A stretch of DNA of 64,000 nucleotides from Mytilus californianus (lineage: Eukaryota). The first letter of the stretch is position 1. Each line of letters begins with the position of its first letter. A program made the translations under genes and the position numbers. Below are positions 50,081-61,633 of the stretch, in pieces. The notes under the pieces are model-generated. The model did no database searches. It was not told the origin of the DNA and saw only the letters and a program-made list of their open reading frames with translations. The stretch spans positions 69,378,001 to 69,442,000 of the forward strand of contig NW_026262690.1 of NCBI RefSeq assembly GCF_021869535.1, given 5' to 3'.

Positions 50081-51580
50081 AGATGTTTACTGAGTTACGA
50101 ACCTGCCACTTCATTCTTTTCAATGACAACAAGACTTCCTAGATGTTTACTGAGTTACGAACCTGCCACTTCATTCTTTTCAATGACAACAAGACTTCCT
50201 AGATGTTTACTGAGTTACGAACCTGCCACTTCATTCTTTTCAATGACAACAAGACTTCCTAGATGTTTACTGAGTTACGAACCTGCCACTTCATTCTTTT
50301 CAATGACAACAAGACTTCCTAGATGTTTACTGAGTTACGAACCTGCCACTTCATTCTTTTCAATGACAACAAGACTTCCTAGATGTTTACTGAGTTACGA
50401 ACCTTCCACTTCATTCTTTTCAATGACAACAAGACTTCCTAGATGTTTACTGAGTTACGAACCTGCCACTTCATTCTTTTCAATGACAACAAGACTTCCT
50501 AGATGTTTACTGAGTTACGAACCTGCCACTTCATTCTTTTCAATGACAACAAGACTTCCTAGATGTTTACTGAGTTACGAACCTGCCACTTCATTCTTTT
50601 CAATGACAACAAGACTTCCTAGATGTTTACTGAGTTACGAACCTTCCACTTCATTCTTTTCAATGACAACAAGACTTCCTAGATGTTTACTGAGTTACGA
50701 ACCTGCCACTTCATTCTTTTCAATGACAACAAGACTTCCTAGATGTTTACTGAGTTACGAACCTGCCACTTCATTCTTTTCAATGACAACAAGACTTCCT
50801 AGATGTTTACTGAGTTACGAACCTGCCACTTCATTCTTTTCAATGACAACAAGACTTCCTAGATGTTTACTGAGTTACGAACCTTCCACTTCATTCTTTT
50901 CAATGACAACAAGACTTCCTAGATGTTTACTGAGTTACGAACCTGCCACTTCATTCTTTTCAATGACAACAAGACTTCCTAGATGTTTACTGAGTTACGA
51001 ACCTTCCACTTCATTCTTTTCAATGACAACAAGACTTCCTAGATGTTTACTGAGTTACGAACCTGCCACTTCATTCTTTTCAATGACAACAAGACTTCCT
51101 AGATGTTTACTGAGTTACGAACCTGCCACTTCATTCTTTTCAATGACAACAAGACTTCCTAGATGTTTACTGAGTTACGAACCTTCCACTTCATTCTTTT
51201 CAATGACAACAAGACTTCCTAGATGTTTACTGAGTTACGAACCTGCCACTTCATTCTTTTCAATGACAACAAGACTTCCTAGATGTTTACTGAGTTACGA
51301 ACCTGCCACTTCATTCTTTTCAATGACAACAAGACTTCCTAGATGTTTACTGAGTTACGAACCTGCCACTTCATTCTTTTCAATGACAACAAGACTTCCT
51401 AGATGTTTACTGAGTTACGAACCTTCCACTTCATTCTTTTCAATGACAACAAGACTTCCTAGATGTTTACTGAGTTACGAACCTGCCACTTCATTCTTTT
51501 CAATGACAACAAGACTTCCTAGATGTTTACTGAGTTACGAACCTTCCACTACATTCTTTTCAATGACAATAAGACTACAT
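50081..51580. repeat. Highly homogeneous 60-bp tandem array, 25 units, in a CCDC167 intron
   Basis: Unit agatgtttactgagttacgaacct(g/t)ccacttcattctttttcaatgacaacaagacttcct; one dimorphic site, and only the last unit is otherwise diverged. Confidence 0.97.
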
Positions 51581-51581
51581 A

Positions 51582-51790
51582 GATATTCGTGCGTCCGAAG
51601 CGTTTTTCTGAATTTACCTTCACCAAGAACGCCCAATCTAAACCATTGAATGCCAGTGATGTATAAATACGTAGACACTTTAGAAGGTTAATAACCGAAA
51701 TACTAGCAAAATTGGTCTAAGGTCTACTTTGACCGAGGGAGTTAACCTTGTCTAAGACGGAAACGCAAAGAATACTTTGCCAAACAAAAT
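51582..51790 (-). mobile_element. Penelope/retrozyme-like terminal fragment with degenerate hammerhead motif (51591-51632)
   Basis: Minus strand reads GCGUUC-[UUGGUGA]-agguaaauuca-GAAA-AACGCU-UC-GGACGC; homologous to 52210-52410 in opposite orientation. Confidence 0.65.
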
Positions 51791-52209
51791 GCAGGAACAT
51801 TTTCCGTTTATATACATTTGTAAAATTACATACAAAAAGTTTATAACCGAAGTTGCACCTTATAATTAAATAATATTCGTGACTAATAAACTTATTTGCG
51901 CTGACAAAGGCAATAGTGGATATATGACTTTGTGTCGATCCCTAACAAAATAATTCGTGATATCAATTTATCAATAGACGATATGATGCTTATGATAAAA
52001 ATTTTATAAGTGGTCATAAAATCTTATTACTTACTAATCGCTGACGTAATTTTTAATATAGCGATTATATATAATATATATAACCGTTACCAAGTATTAT
52101 ATGAAATGTATAGTTGGTAACGGTTGTGTACAGATATACAAATATTTAATATACTTAATCGGAATGATCGTTCACAAATCTATCATTAAATAGACATTCA
52201 TTATTACAT

Positions 52210-52495
52210 AGACCATTTTTTGGGATTTTCGAAAGTTAGCAACTCCGTCAGGCAAAGTTTTCCTTAGATGTATTTGGGTATTCTTTCTATGTCCATTGTG
52301 GTTATTGAGCTACTAACAATTCTACGTGTTTATACATCTGGCTCTCAAATGTTTACGTTTGAGCGTTCCTGGTGAAAGTAAATCTAGAAAAGCGTTTTGG
52401 ACGGCACGAAATTTTTTAAGTGTTTTTTGCATGTACTAGCACTGGGTCGATACCATTAGTGGTGAACTGTTAGTCCCCGAGGGTATCATCATTAT
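52210..52495 (+). mobile_element. Penelope/retrozyme-like 5' fragment with degenerate hammerhead motif (52363-52404)
   Basis: GCGUUC-[CUGGUGA]-aaguaaaucua-GAAA-AGCGUU-UU-GGACG, continuing into gtccccgagggtatcatc, which is shared with 11850. Confidence 0.65.
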
Positions 52496-52632
52496 CGAGT
52501 ATTTCAACCAGAAACTGGAAATTGGGAAACTAATTTCATCATTTTCTAATCTTCAACCAGAAATTATTACAAAATTTTGAAAACGCAGTTATCTAACTTT
52601 TACCTTTTACTCCTAGGAGCGAGAAGTAAGGA

Positions 52633-52930
52633 TTTTTATGCCCCACCTGCGATAGTAGAGGGGCATTATGTTTTTCGGTCTGTGAGTTCGTTCGTTCGTC
52701 CGTCCGTCCGTCCGTCCGTCTGTGCCGCTTCAGGTTAAAGTTTTTGGTCAAGGTAGTTTTTGATGAAGTTGAAGTCCAATCAACTTGAAACTTAGTACAC
52801 ATGTTCCATATGATATGATCTTTCTAATTTAAATGCCACATTAGAGTTTTGACCCCAATTTCACGGTCCACTGAACATAGAAAATGATAGTGCGAGTGGG
52901 GCATCCGTGTACTATGGACACATTCTTGTT
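52633..52930 (+). mobile_element. HINE-like family E (~300 bp)
   Basis: ttttt-atgcccca...ggggcat hairpin, (GTTC)/(GTCC)n, 3' tggggcat plus gtgt-actatgg-acac hairpin and terminal ttcttgtt. Confidence 0.78.
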
Positions 52931-53062
52931 AGCTATGGTTTCAGTTTTTTAGATGATGTTATCCATAATTTTAACTTTGGCTGCAACGATGGAAAACATA
53001 TTTGATACAAGAATAAATGCAACACACACATGATTAATATTCATTTCTGGTTTTCTTTTCAG

Positions 53063-53115
53063 GAGAGAACTGACTGAGGAACAGAAGCGACTGAAAAAAG
53101 ATATAGCAATTCAAG
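53063..53115 (+). CDS. CCDC167: CCDC167 internal exon
   Basis: ttttcttttcAG|...|GTtgat; reads (R)RELTEEQKRLKKDIAIQ(D), 53 nt, phase 2/1. Confidence 0.78.
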
Positions 53116-53492
53116 GTTGATACTTTTCTCTGTTATTACCTACAAATGACGAATCTGTTGGGGATGGTACTAGCATTTCTGTTCATTTAAGTGGGGCATG
53201 GTTAAGTCTTTTTCGGCGGTTATAAGCTTATTTTTCTGACTTAATACGTATACTATTCATTGTTTTTTTTTTGTTCAGACATTTTGTCGTCCGGGTGAAT
53301 AGTACTACATTAAAAATTTAAAAAGAATAGTCCGAGCTGTCCATGGAGATTGTATTGTTTAAATTATAGTAGTATTCTAAAAGCATTATATATTTTATAA
53401 ACTATATCGCGTTTTGTTTTGTATTTGAAGATGGTCAAATATTCGTATGATAACATTATTGAATATATGTTTGCAATATTGTATATTTTCAG

Positions 53493-53599
53493 ATTCTGCA
53501 CTGAAACAGCTTCGGAAAGAGAACTGGAAAAATGCCATTTTATCCTTGTTATTCATGGCACTGATATATTTAGCGTATCATTCAATATGGGCTCCTTAG
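53493..53599 (+). CDS. CCDC167: CCDC167 last coding exon (LRxEN motif plus C-terminal transmembrane helix)
   Basis: tatattttcAG|; reads (D)SALKQLRKENWKNAILSLLFMALIYLAYHSIWAP*, resembling the CCDC167 C-terminus (LRQENRKNMLLS...TM). The first coding exon was not located. Confidence 0.82.
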
Positions 53600-54505
53600 A
53601 AGTATGATAAAGCTGACATTTGTATTAAGTTTAATAAAAAAAAGATAAGAAAAAACTCGATACCCTTAATTTGTTATTAATTGATATTATATATTACAGA
53701 TGCCAAAATACTTCCGTGTAAGTGTTTTATAATAAATCTCTCGTGTCTAAAATGTTTGTGACAATGTTATTCACAAGGAATACAGAATAAAGGGGTCCAC
53801 GAAAAGAATTGTTTCTGGAGGGATAACAAAATTTAATTAATTAATTCATTTCTTGACAACACGATAGGTTCAACTAGTAGAGCAGCAGCTGTTTACCCTA
53901 CCAGCGCAAAAGAGTCCGCACCACATTTTTACGGTATACATTACATGCTCAATCTTCAATTTTCTTAGATGTTTGTTTTTTTTGTTTGCTTGTCTTTGTT
54001 CTTTTACATTGCGTTATCATATTTTCTTATCTTATGGTTTTGATCCCTCCATTTACATTTGTCCACATAAAATCAAGCAACTAAGAGCAATAAAGTCTAT
54101 ATGCTTGATTAGCTCACATACACAGTAGTGTCCGGTAATTCCGGCCGTCCGGTTAACCCGCCAACTCCCATTTACTTCCGTAATTGTCACTTCCGTAAAT
54201 ATTTCGTCTGCTATTTTATTCAAAGGAACTGTACTTATCATCACTGCATGTCAAATTTTAAAGAAAAATCCTTTATTACGAAAATATCTAGTGATATATA
54301 TATAATAGTTTCTAAAGCTAACGATAATCATAATTATTATTGCCTACAAAACTCATTTCTGACTTAATTTTTTTTTTGATTATCTTGAATCCCTTCATAA
54401 GTGGTTTATTAATAGATCACCTTTTCCTTTCATTTTGAGATAAACTGGCCCTCCATACATATTTATTGCGCATGGGCGGATTTACCGGATAAACACATTT
54501 CCGAT

Positions 54506-54587
54506 TAGCCTGGGGTCCTGGCTCACTGATTTCTAACGCTGACAGTATATCGACGAAGTATAAAGATTGGGTCAGGATGCCAGGCTA
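54506..54587. mobile_element. 82-bp MITE with TAG...CTA termini and 9-bp TSD (AcademH-like)
   Basis: ATTTCCGAT|TAGCCTGGGGTCCTGGCTCA...TGGGTCAGGATGCCAGGCTA|ATTTCCGAT; TIR 16/20 match. Confidence 0.82.
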
Positions 54588-55012
54588 ATTTCCGATAAAA
54601 ACACGGATGACCCACTTGTTTTGTTGATTCAAAAATTTATTTCAGATATTTTTTGGGAAATGAGATAAACTACTCGAAATTGATTTGTCAGTGAATCGAT
54701 TTATATTAAATTTAATACAATTTGTATATAATTAAGCAGAACTACATACGATCAAAGCCTTATGTGGGCGTATTTACCGGACTGCATCGTACGTCTCTGA
54801 TAGTGTATCTCGTAGAGTGTAAAAACGTAACTGCAACAATTCTTAGCTTTTAAAAAAACTTTTCTTAATACAGCCGTGATTCATTTATAAGTACATGGTA
54901 AGAAAATTAAAAACTTGTAATATATAAACGATTTAACTGTTTAGGTACGTGACAAAGCAATAAAGTGATCATATTTCTTAAGTTATGATGTCAACTAAGG
55001 GTTGACATGTAC

Positions 55013-57960
55013 CTTCTTCTTCTTCTTCTTTAAGTTTCTAGCGATCCTTCAATTATTGAAGATTATTCGCCGGGCGTCGACTATAAAATTTTATAATTTA
55101 CATTGTAACAAGAAAAATAAAAAGAAACAAAATCAAAAAATCAAAATAATGTATGTGCATTTGTAAAATTTCATTTAGATAAAACTATATACATTTGATA
55201 ACAAAATAGTTAGGGATAGAAAATGGGGATGAGAGCAGATTCTGAGATCATACTCTTGAATCCCTGTACTGTACTGCATGATACTATTTGTTGTGGCAGA
55301 AGATTCCAATCTATAACTGTTCGTGGATAAAATGAATATTTATAACTGTCTTTAGATGTTTGTATTTGCCTAAATGAGTGTGGATTGCTATGTCTAGTTC
55401 TATTGTCTAGTGGGATCAAAAGGTTAAATGTAGGGACTGCAACAATTTCATGTATAATTTTGTAGAAGAAGACAAGTCTGTATCGTAAACGCCTAATTTC
55501 AAGTGGGTACCAATTTAAGTCTGTCATCATTTCAGTAACTGAGCTGGTGTTATGGAAGCGGTTGCATGAGAAGCGCGCTGCTCTTCTCTGAACTTTTTCA
55601 ATTTGTGAAATTTGCTGTTTTTGATGTGGATCCCAAATAGTTGAGCAGTACTCTAGTTTTGGTCGGACAAGAGCTTTAAATGCATGTGCTTTAACTTTAG
55701 GTGAGGCTATTTTAAGGTTTCTACGAATAAATCCAAGAGACTGATTTGCTTTTGATGTCATGTTATTGATATGTTTGTCCCATTTTAAATTTGATTGAAG
55801 AGTTAGGCCTAAATATTTTGTAGAGTCAACTTTTTCTAGAGAGTGATTGTGTAATTTATAAGTGAAGTCTAAAGGTTTGCGTTTTTGAGTTACACTGAGA
55901 ATGTTGCACTTATCAGGGTGAAAATGCATGAGCCAGTCCTGCTCCCATCTGCCGGCCGCTTCCAAGTCAGACTGTAATTTATATGTGTCATCTGGTTTTT
56001 TAATTTCCCTATAAATGATACTGTCATCTGCGAACAATCTTAATGTACTATGTTCAATATATTCTGCCAAATCATTTATAAATATTAAGAATAAAATTGG
56101 ACCAAGCACTGTGCCTTGAGGTACCCCAGATGTTACAGGAATTTTATTTGATGTTTCACCTTCAAGGACTACTGTTTGTGTTCTGTTTGTTAAAAAATCT
56201 TGAATCCAATGTAATGCATTGCAATTTATACCGTAGAAACCGATTTTATACATGAGATGGTGGTGTGAAACTTTATCAAATGCTTTTGCAAAATCCATTA
56301 TTATGATGTCTGTTTGAATGTTTTTATTATTTGAATTTGCAAGATCTTGAATGAATGATATTAGCTGAGTTTCACAGGAGCGAGATGATCGAAAACCATG
56401 TTGTAAGTCATATAGAATTTTATTTTTTTCCAGATGTTTCATTATATTACTAGCTACAACATGTTCTAATAGTTTGCAGCAGATGCAAGTCAATGATATG
56501 GGGCGATAGTTTATAGGGTCGTGTTTGTCGCCTTTTTTGAATGCTGGACATACACTTGCGTGACGCCAGTCATCTGGGATCTTTCCAGAGTTCAGTGATG
56601 TTTGGAATATGATTGACAAGATGGGAGTGATAGATGTCTATACTCTTTTAAAATTTTTCCATGGATGAGATCAGGCCCAGCTGCTTTGTTGATATTGATG
56701 TTATTTAGAAGTTTTTCTATGCCCTGTTTTTGTATTTTAATATCAGGCATCTGTGGATGTTTACTGACGCCCTTATCTGGTATTGGATCATCTGTTACAG
56801 GTGTGAATGCTTTTTTGAACTGCTCATTTAAAATATTAGCTTTTGCTTTTGAATCAGATGTAAGTGAGCCCTCTTTTCGGAGTGGTGGTATGTTAGAGCT
56901 TTCAGACTTTTGTGTTTTTATATAACTGAACAGATTTTTGGGGAAGCTCTTTGATATAGTAGTAGGGTTGTCATCAACTGGTATACCACATATCATATTT
57001 TCAATATAATTCCAATAAGATGTTCTTTGTTGTTTTTGTATTTCATGTTTTAATTTTTTGAGTTGGTCTTGTTTCCCTTTGCCTTTCAATTTGTACTTTT
57101 GATATTTTTTCTTGTACTTTTTCATTTGTCTTCTAAGACTGTCTGTTATCCAAGGTAGATTTTTGCTGTTTCTCATCATTTTCTGTGGTATGTTCTCAGA
57201 GATAGTGTTTTGTAATGAGTTTTTAAATATTAGCCAAAGTGTATTTGTATCTTCACTATCCTTTTTATGCATGATCTTTTGATATGTTTGATCTATATCC
57301 TCTTTTATTTTTTGCCAGTTTGCATTTTTATATTTATAGATTTTACGTGGCTTGGTTTGGCATCTTTTTAATGATAATAAACATTCTATATATACAATAT
57401 CATGGTCTGCCTCTCCTAATGGTGGTATGGTTTCAGTTTTTTCAATGATGGCTGGATAATTTGTTAACACAAGATCTAATATTTTATCATTTCGAGTTGG
57501 TATGTTTACAACTTGTGCTAAAGAATAGTCATTTATTATGTCTAAAAATTGCTGATGTTGTTTTTGATTTGTTTTTCCAGGGATGACGCTTGTTGTTTCC
57601 CAATTGATGTTCCCTAAATTAAAGTCCCCACCAATAATTATGGCTGACTTTGAGCTGGCGTTTATTCTACTTATTGATTCATTTAGCAAATCTAAAGATG
57701 TATCATCATCTGGCTGAGGTCGATAATAAGCACATATATAACATTTACGTGCATTTGATATTAAAAGTTCTACCCATATCATTTCACATCCTGTGTCTAG
57801 TTCTTTGATTTCTGTACATAAACAATTTTTTTTTTGATATAGCTATGAGTACGCCTCCATGACATTGGCCTTTTTTTATTCTTTCTGAATATGTTTGCGC
57901 GATAAACGGTTGTGTATTACTGGCCCAAAACCAGTGAGTCTTCTGGAAATATTTTCGATA
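55013..57960 (-). mobile_element. CR1/L2-group LINE (APE endonuclease + reverse transcriptase), frameshifted
   Basis: ORF 56592-57782 has the APE motifs GGDFN, LDLVLTN and DHDIV. ORF 55210-56619 has the RT motifs GVPQGTVLGPILF and LFADDS and the C-terminal FYPRTVIDWN. A -1 frameshift lies near 56630, with more indels in A-runs at ~57830-57875, where HGGVLIA is still readable. (GAA)n tail at 55013-55031. The 5' boundary is uncertain. Confidence 0.92.
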
Positions 57961-59229
57961 ATCACCCGAAAAACAAATTTTTTTTTATTAAAAGACCAGC
58001 ATCGTAACTATAACTCTTGGACGTTAAAATTGAAAATCGTAAAATCAAATTTAACCGCTTGGTAGTGATCACTTACACTTCTTTTAACTTCTAATCTATT
58101 TCATGATGCAGTTTTTAATTTAACATCTAACAAAAACATTTCTTTGCACTGTCCTTAAAACAATGCATATATCCTGTACGTCCAGTCAAATGAGAGACGG
58201 CAACTTCAAGACGCACGTAAGGAGAGCGGCGCGCTCTATGCACATTAACAAACACGAGCTACAACTCATGTGGTGTCAATATGTGACCTTTTAGCTATTG
58301 CAAGGCTTAATTCAACTCCATACGCAGGTAATTTCGAGTGGAAATAAAATTAACAACAACTTTACCCGATCTACCTTAACTTATTCATACATTATTTGTC
58401 GTCCTTCATATGTGTAAAATATTTGCCGCTGGATGTTAATCATTTAGTATGCATTAAATATTTGCCGCTGAATGTTTTAACACTGACCAACAATCAATAT
58501 AAATTATAATTAAGCAAGACAAACAACAAACGATGCATTGGTAACAATTAATATCATAGAAAGTTCACTTTAAAAATACAGACCATTCTCAACTCATTGA
58601 AAGGCTATATAATGTGTGTAAGAAAGAGTGAAATAAAAAAGAAATGGTAAGATCTTGTTGTTGTAATGGAAATGTTTGGTTGCTCACATTGACGCTGTTA
58701 CAGTATTTCTTTTTAAACCAGTTGATAATTTGTTTAGTTTCCTACTTTTTGGTGTTTGAACATTCTGCTATAACCAATGTGAAGTGTACGCATGCGCTAA
58801 TATTCAGAATTAATCACCTCATTTACTACAGCTATGTATGTATTATACGAGATAATTTAGTGTCATTAGTAATGTTTTAATTGACATTAAATATTTAACA
58901 TATATGTGTCATCTTAATCATTGTCAAGTACGCTATCCGGAGGCTTATATGTTCCATTTATCTTTATAATAAAGGATGATTAAGTTATTGAAATATTCGA
59001 AATTTTGAACATTTTTACTCTCAATTTTGTTTTCTTTAAATTTCGGACAGTATTAAAAAAAGAGTTAAAATTATATTTGCTTTGAACTTAACACCGTTTA
59101 AAAGATAATGTAGACAATCGTTTGTAAGCGTCAATGTGAGCAACCATCAATGGTCTGCATTGTAGACAATTGTTTGGATTTTCATTTTCCATATTTGTAA
59201 TAATAAATGATGGTAAAGGTTGAAGATAG

Positions 59230-59550
59230 AAGACTGTTTAACGTCCACTGACTAGTGGCAAATTTATTGAATATTCAGGACGAGATCATGTATGCGTGAT
59301 ATTAATATAAACCCCACAGTCCTCTAGAGCGACCCACTAAGCCGGATTTTAACTTGTTAGTTCACAAAAGAACAGACACTTGAAGTCACGTCACACTACC
59401 CGGACATACCATTTTGACTCCGGGCCGACCAGTCATTGCTATTAATCTTAAATTGTTTATTGGCGCGAACACAATTTAAATTTTCAAGTTTGCTTTGACC
59501 CACGAAACCACGATATCCCATCCTCGAAGCGAGCTGGCTTCCACGAGACC
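59230..59550 (-). mobile_element. Degenerate near-full-length tRNA-derived SINE (resembles bivalve RUDI-type SINEs)
   Basis: Its left end is the reverse complement of the 14060-14125 SINE 3' end, and its right end looks like a tRNA-derived head. The family name is from recollection only. Confidence 0.5.
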
Positions 59551-60133
59551 TCTGAGGTAGAAATAAAAAAAAAATGATTAGGGGTAAACATCAATGAGAC
59601 AGCAATAAGAGCAAAATAGAAATGTTATAAACTATAAAACATTGTTTTTGCATTGGGAAATTAATCTGATGAAGATAACTATTATACTACAATCAACTTG
59701 AAGAAACATAACTGAATATAAGATAAATGCTAGAAGTGACAGCGTCATTCATGGTTCGTTAACAAAGAAAAATTGCTTTAATGACAACAAAAGTCGCCAA
59801 TGCATATACTTAAATAAATGTAGATAATATGTAGGTTGTTTGTTGTACACTATTATGGGTTCATAACAAATTTGACAATCTCGTTTCCGTCAGGGTCCGG
59901 TTAACAGTTGGATTATTCATAGTCGTTCATTTCCTTAAACATGTGCACTTTATATGGGATAAACATTTATGAGCTTTGTTAATATGAAGTTATAAGAAAT
60001 ACTTTTATTTTCATTTTGTGGTTTGTGAAAGATTCAATTTATTACAATGAATCATAAGATATAAGCTGTTACTCTTGAGTAATAGAAAAATTATTTAGTT
60101 TATAGATAAGGCAGTTTAGTTGTAAGAATTAAA

Positions 60134-61327
60134 ATGGATGAAGAAGAAATTCTTGATAACTGGAACTACCAGCTCAGCAATCATTTGATCGCAAACAATA
60201 TAATATTAGTGTTCTATATGGTTATAGGATTATTTGGTAACATTTTAGTGATATTCATATACATCTTTAAGTTGAAGAAAAAAGATGACCGGTATTTCAT
60301 TCCTGTTCTTGCGACGATGGATTTAATGGCATGTTCAGTTGGTTCATCGTATGCACTAGCATTAAATCTACTTCCTGCCAAGTTTACAAGTGATATTCTG
60401 TGTAAAGTGTTATGGTATTTTAGCCAAGCTACGACTATTTCGTCTGGGCTTCTGCTTGTTGTAATTGCAGTGCAGCGTTATCTTAAAGTCTGCAAACCAA
60501 TGTTGTCACTAACCTTACGTTGGAAACGAATTGCAATATTTATGTGCTTTATTACATCATCGATATTTTCGATTCCGACGTTATTCTTTTACGGAGAACT
60601 GCAGTTTCAACATCCAATTAATTCTTCAGTTATGGGATCAAGATGTGGACAAATCGAGAGAACAGACAATTTATTCCGTAATAGTGTCATATCATACACT
60701 ATATTAGAATTCCTTGCGGCCATTGCTGGTTGTATATCATTTACCATTCTCTATGCTCTTATAGGAAAGCAGATATATAAAAAGTTTATTGTCTTCCGAC
60801 GAACAACGACTCTCAGGCGACGACCGATCGGCAAAAATAATAAACCGAAATCAACGTCAACTACAGACGACGATAAAAATAGAGCGTCGGTAGACAGCGT
60901 AGACATCATAGACATTGTGTCTTCAATTAACAATAGTCAGGAAAGCATCGTAGATGACAGTCAACCATCCCAACGGAAGAAGCGGCGATCTCTCGACGTA
61001 TTACAAGAAAACGTTTCAGCTTTAAAGCAGCATTTTCATACACATCGTTATACATACATGTTCATGGCAATTACTTTATTTTTCATGATCACTTTTACTC
61101 CTCGTATCACATTGATGGTATTGGAATCAGTGGACCATAACTTCTGGAGGAATCTGGTTGACCAACCTGAAACAATAGCTGTATGTTTGTTTTTCTATCG
61201 TTTTTACATTTTCAATCACATTATTAATCCATTTATTTATGGATTTTTTGACACTACGTTTAAGTATGAAGTTAAAAAATTATTTTGTTTGACAATTGAT
61301 TCACGGGCTCGTGACAGTGAGTTTTAA
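60134..61327 (+). CDS. Intronless orphan class A (rhodopsin-like) GPCR, 397 aa
   Basis: Seven hydrophobic segments; TM1 GN, TM2 LAxxD, TM3 Cys and QRY (DRY variant), long ICL3, TM7 NPFIY. Confidence 0.92.
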   Translation: MDEEEILDNWNYQLSNHLIANNIILVFYMVIGLFGNILVIFIYIFKLKKKDDRYFIPVLATMDLMACSVGSSYALALNLLPAKFTSDILCKVLWYFSQATTISSGLLLVVIAVQRYLKVCKPMLSLTLRWKRIAIFMCFITSSIFSIPTLFFYGELQFQHPINSSVMGSRCGQIERTDNLFRNSVISYTILEFLAAIAGCISFTILYALIGKQIYKKFIVFRRTTTLRRRPIGKNNKPKSTSTTDDDKNRASVDSVDIIDIVSSINNSQESIVDDSQPSQRKKRRSLDVLQENVSALKQHFHTHRYTYMFMAITLFFMITFTPRITLMVLESVDHNFWRNLVDQPETIAVCLFFYRFYIFNHIINPFIYGFFDTTFKYEVKKLFCLTIDSRARDSEF

Positions 61328-61504
61328 GGTGACATAGAAACAGTCCATGGCGTTGATATTTATCACTAAAGTCTTCTTGTTACATTTAAAAGCAACAGAA
61401 AAACTTTTCTATTCTAACCGCTGACGAAATTATATATTTGATACATCAAATGGCGGGGAGAGGAAATTATAAAATTGAATAAAAAAGCTGATTATAGTGA
61501 GAAT

Positions 61505-61633
61505 CAATAAAAGTTAGAATTCCTGTATTGCTGCATTGTACTCCGTCTTCAACATATTCTCCTAACTTCAATAAAAGTTAGAATTCCTGTATTGCTGCAT
61601 TGTACGCCATGTTCAACATATTCTCCTTACTTA
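61505..61633. repeat. 64-bp tandem duplication
   Basis: caataaaagttagaattcctgtattgctgcattgtac... at 61505 and 61569. Confidence 0.85.

Noticed and set aside
50081-51580. CRISPR-like regular array
   Set aside because: The units are contiguous with no unique spacers, there are no cas genes, and the context is eukaryotic.
50123-51649. 508-aa ORF of MTTRLPRCLLSYEPATSFFS repeats
   Set aside because: By-product of a stop-free 60-bp unit (multiple of 3). It lies in a CCDC167 intron, with no unique coding sequence or splice context.
57960-58330. LINE ORF1 or 5' UTR upstream of the endonuclease
   Set aside because: No open frame or TSD could be identified, so the element boundary was left at ~57960.
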